Below the pieces are notes generated by a model that ran no database searches, was not told the origin of the DNA, and saw only the letters and a list, made by a program, of their open reading frames with translations. 37,582 nucleotides of DNA from Cyanobacteria bacterium J06626_4. Its GTDB lineage: Bacteria > Cyanobacteriota > Cyanobacteriia > Phormidesmidales > Phormidesmidaceae. The position numbers and the translations under genes were made by a program. Of the stretch, positions 35,184 through 37,582 are shown in pieces; position 1 is the first letter of the stretch, and each line of letters starts with the position of its first letter. The stretch is from contig JBCBJQ010000056.1 of the NCBI GenBank assembly GCA_038523235.1, positions 1-37,582 on the forward strand. Direction: 5' to 3'.

Positions 35184-37307
35184 ATGCAAGTACGCCGTTT
35201 TGCAGTGCGGATAGGTTGCCTGTTGCTAGGTCTACTCTTGGCGTTTGGCCTATCAGCAGCGATTCATAAGTGGCTGCAGCCAACTTCTAAAGCGGCCCTG
35301 ATCGCGCCAACCGCGGCGCTAACTAACGTCCCCATTGGTGGCGGCGGTTACGTGACGGGAATTTATATCCATCCGGTTGAGCCTGATCTGATCTACCTCA
35401 GAACTGACATGGGGGGATTTTATCGTTGGCAGGCGGCGACGGAGCGCTGGCTGCCGATTACCGATCGCTTCTCGGCGGCTGAGCAAAACTATTATGGTGG
35501 CGAGGCCTTAGCGCTCGATCCCAATAATCCTGAGGTGGTCTATATTGCAGCGGGCAAGTATCTGGATGATGCGCCGGGGGCAATTTTTCGGTCGGACGAT
35601 CGCGGGGGCACCTGGCAAAAATTGGGTCTAGAGTTGCCGATGGGCGGTAATGAAATTAACCGGTGGCTGGGTTCGCGCCTGGTAGTTGATCCGCAAGACT
35701 CGGCCCACCTGTTGTTTGGCTCTCGTCAGAGCGGTTTGTGGAGGTCTAGGGATGTCGGTGTCACTTGGCAGCAAGTCACGGATATCCCCATCTTGCCGGA
35801 TGATCCCGTGGGCATCACGGGCATTGTGTTTGATCCGGTCGATGCGGCGATCGTCTACGCTACCCATTTTGAATCTGGCGTCTATGTCTCCCGCGATCAC
35901 GGCAGTCGCTGGCAGCGCTTGCCGGACAGCCCGCAGGCAGTGCAACAAATTGAGGTGGCAACTGATCAGAGCTTATATGCGGTGGGTGATACCGTTTATC
36001 GATATGGCGGTCAACGCTGGGAAACGATTGTTCCCCGCCAGGGCGGCGGCGCTGAGGTGGTCTTCAATGCGCTGAGTCTTGATCCCCATGACGCCGAACA
36101 CTTGGTCGTCAGCTCTAAAGAAGATCGGGAGACGGAGATTTTTGAGTCGCGCGATCGCGGCGCCACGTGGCGACGATTATCGCGCCGGCTCCAGGGTCAA
36201 GTGCCCTGGTGGACTGATTTTATGAATTCCCAACCGGCCATTGCTGCGATTCGTCTTGATCCACATCATTCCCAGCGGCTCTGGCTCACCGATTGGTACG
36301 GCGTCTGGCGCACCGATCAGCTCGATCGCCCCACCTCAGTGTGGAAAAACTATGTGGCAGGTCATGAGCAAGTCGTGTCTTTTGCGTTGATGGCGCCGCC
36401 AACCGGGCCGGTGTTAGTGAGTGGCTTGGCCGATGTCGATGGCTTCGTGCACGACGATACGTTGGCGACTTATCCTCAGCAGCGTTTGGGGGTCCAGGGA
36501 TCACAGCGCATTTCTGATACCTATAGCTTGGCGTACTGTGAGCAAGATCCGACAATCTTTGTCCGCATTGGAGGCACGCGCTGGGATGACCAATATCTAC
36601 TGGCGGTTTCCACCAATGCGGGCCAAACTTGGCAGGCGTCGCCAAGCTTTCCCGCCGATAAACTGCCGATTGATGTGGCGATCGCGTCGCCTACATGCGA
36701 CAGCATCGTCGTGATTTTGGATGATGAACCGCCGCTATATAGTCGCGATCGAGGGCGCACCTGGGCGACGACCACCGGTCTCCCCGATGGCCCCGACGGC
36801 CCTTGGAATTGGTCGAAGCCGTTGGTCGCCGATTCCGCTCTCGATCAGGGGTTTTATTACGTGACGGCTGACGGCGAAGTCTATCAGAGCCGTGATGGAG
36901 GAGAGTCCTTTGAGTTGCTGAGCCAGGGCTGGCCAGCCGCCTCAGAGCCGATTCTGCAAGTTGATCCCCGGCAACCAGAGCGGCTGGGCTTAGCGCTGGG
37001 GAAGAATGGCTTGTATTACTCAGAAGACGGTGGTCAAGACTTTCGGGCGATCGACAGCGTCAACACCGCTCATTTGCTGGCCTTCGGTAAGCCGGCCCGA
37101 GGGCGAACGCCACTCTACATCTATGGCACGCTAGCTGATCAAAAAACAGGACTGTTTCGCTCCTGGGACTTGGGCGAACAGTGGGAAGAGTTGACGTCCC
37201 CGACACAGCCGATTGGCAACAAGCCTAATGTCTTGGCTGCGAGTCAGCAGATCGATGGGTTGGTGTTTGTGGGAACGAATGGGCGAGGAGTGTTTTACGG
37301 ATATTAG
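35184..37307 (+). CDS. GH74 (xyloglucanase-like) BNR/Asp-box beta-propeller glycoside hydrolase, exported or membrane-anchored
   Basis: GGAGG RBS, N-terminal hydrophobic helix, IGGGGYVTGI, YLRTDMGG, GGNE..R..G.RL, SGLADVDGF, many SxDxGxTW Asp-boxes and GTNGRGVFYG. Confidence 0.8.
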   Translation: MQVRRFAVRIGCLLLGLLLAFGLSAAIHKWLQPTSKAALIAPTAALTNVPIGGGGYVTGIYIHPVEPDLIYLRTDMGGFYRWQAATERWLPITDRFSAAEQNYYGGEALALDPNNPEVVYIAAGKYLDDAPGAIFRSDDRGGTWQKLGLELPMGGNEINRWLGSRLVVDPQDSAHLLFGSRQSGLWRSRDVGVTWQQVTDIPILPDDPVGITGIVFDPVDAAIVYATHFESGVYVSRDHGSRWQRLPDSPQAVQQIEVATDQSLYAVGDTVYRYGGQRWETIVPRQGGGAEVVFNALSLDPHDAEHLVVSSKEDRETEIFESRDRGATWRRLSRRLQGQVPWWTDFMNSQPAIAAIRLDPHHSQRLWLTDWYGVWRTDQLDRPTSVWKNYVAGHEQVVSFALMAPPTGPVLVSGLADVDGFVHDDTLATYPQQRLGVQGSQRISDTYSLAYCEQDPTIFVRIGGTRWDDQYLLAVSTNAGQTWQASPSFPADKLPIDVAIASPTCDSIVVILDDEPPLYSRDRGRTWATTTGLPDGPDGPWNWSKPLVADSALDQGFYYVTADGEVYQSRDGGESFELLSQGWPAASEPILQVDPRQPERLGLALGKNGLYYSEDGGQDFRAIDSVNTAHLLAFGKPARGRTPLYIYGTLADQKTGLFRSWDLGEQWEELTSPTQPIGNKPNVLAASQQIDGLVFVGTNGRGVFYGY

Positions 37308-37519
37308 GTATAAATAAGGACTTCCAAGATGAAGGTGTCATGAAGGGAAGTTTGAGGAAGTGATTAGTGGATAAAGATTGAGTAATTGTGCGGAGTGGTG
37401 GGGTAGGCGGAGTGCCGCCGACCTCGTAATAATGCCCTTTGAAGAGCGGAACTTTCTTTAACGAGTTTTAGTCTGGTGGAAAGAAGCTCCTCACTGGCTG
37501 GGAAAGAAAGGAGAGTTCT

Positions 37520-37582
37520 ATGGTACGTCCATTGATGGCGATTGGGTTAGATGCAGCGGACCCGCATTTAATTGAAGAGTGG
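37520..37582 (+). CDS. Start of an alkaline-phosphatase-superfamily (type I phosphodiesterase/nucleotide pyrophosphatase) gene; truncated by the window end
   Basis: AAGGAG RBS, then MVRPLMAIGLDAADPHLIEEW, matching the IGLDxA..LI..W N-terminal motif. Confidence 0.7.
   Translation, partial: MVRPLMAIGLDAADPHLIEEW

Overview
This is a mostly housekeeping chromosomal window from a cyanobacterium. Evidence for that is the abundant HIP1 GCGATCGC, por, psb34 and a cyanobacterial-type 5S rRNA; the style suggests a Leptolyngbya/Nodosilinea-like filament, which is inference. It opens with the 3' end of an rRNA operon (5S plus terminator) and a decayed HNH-type gene. Next come hemD, coaE, ybaK, a DUF3616 protein, an unlisted 56-aa psb34, an S9 peptidase, a J-domain/pentapeptide protein, a CSP41-like epimerase, a DUF4278 microprotein with a perfect NtcA box, and a CPD photolyase. 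A group of envelope genes (M23, SH3/PG-binding, M19, M15B) surrounds larE. These are followed by an M41-like protease, a GT-C-like membrane protein, an orphan solute-binding protein, a kinase-WD40, an FGE-like lipoprotein, a thiol-dioxygenase-like cupin, por and an SDR. The window ends in a Wzy/Wzx polysaccharide cluster that contains a GH74-like hydrolase. The most unusual element is a co-oriented pair of intact ORFs whose catalytic motifs look inactivated: a PlsY-PEP-synthase-like fusion (phospho-His changed to Asn) and an HD-GYP-like protein (HD changed to KN), both upstream of por. No CRISPR array, tRNA or intact transposase was seen. All family calls come from motif recognition by eye, not database searches.
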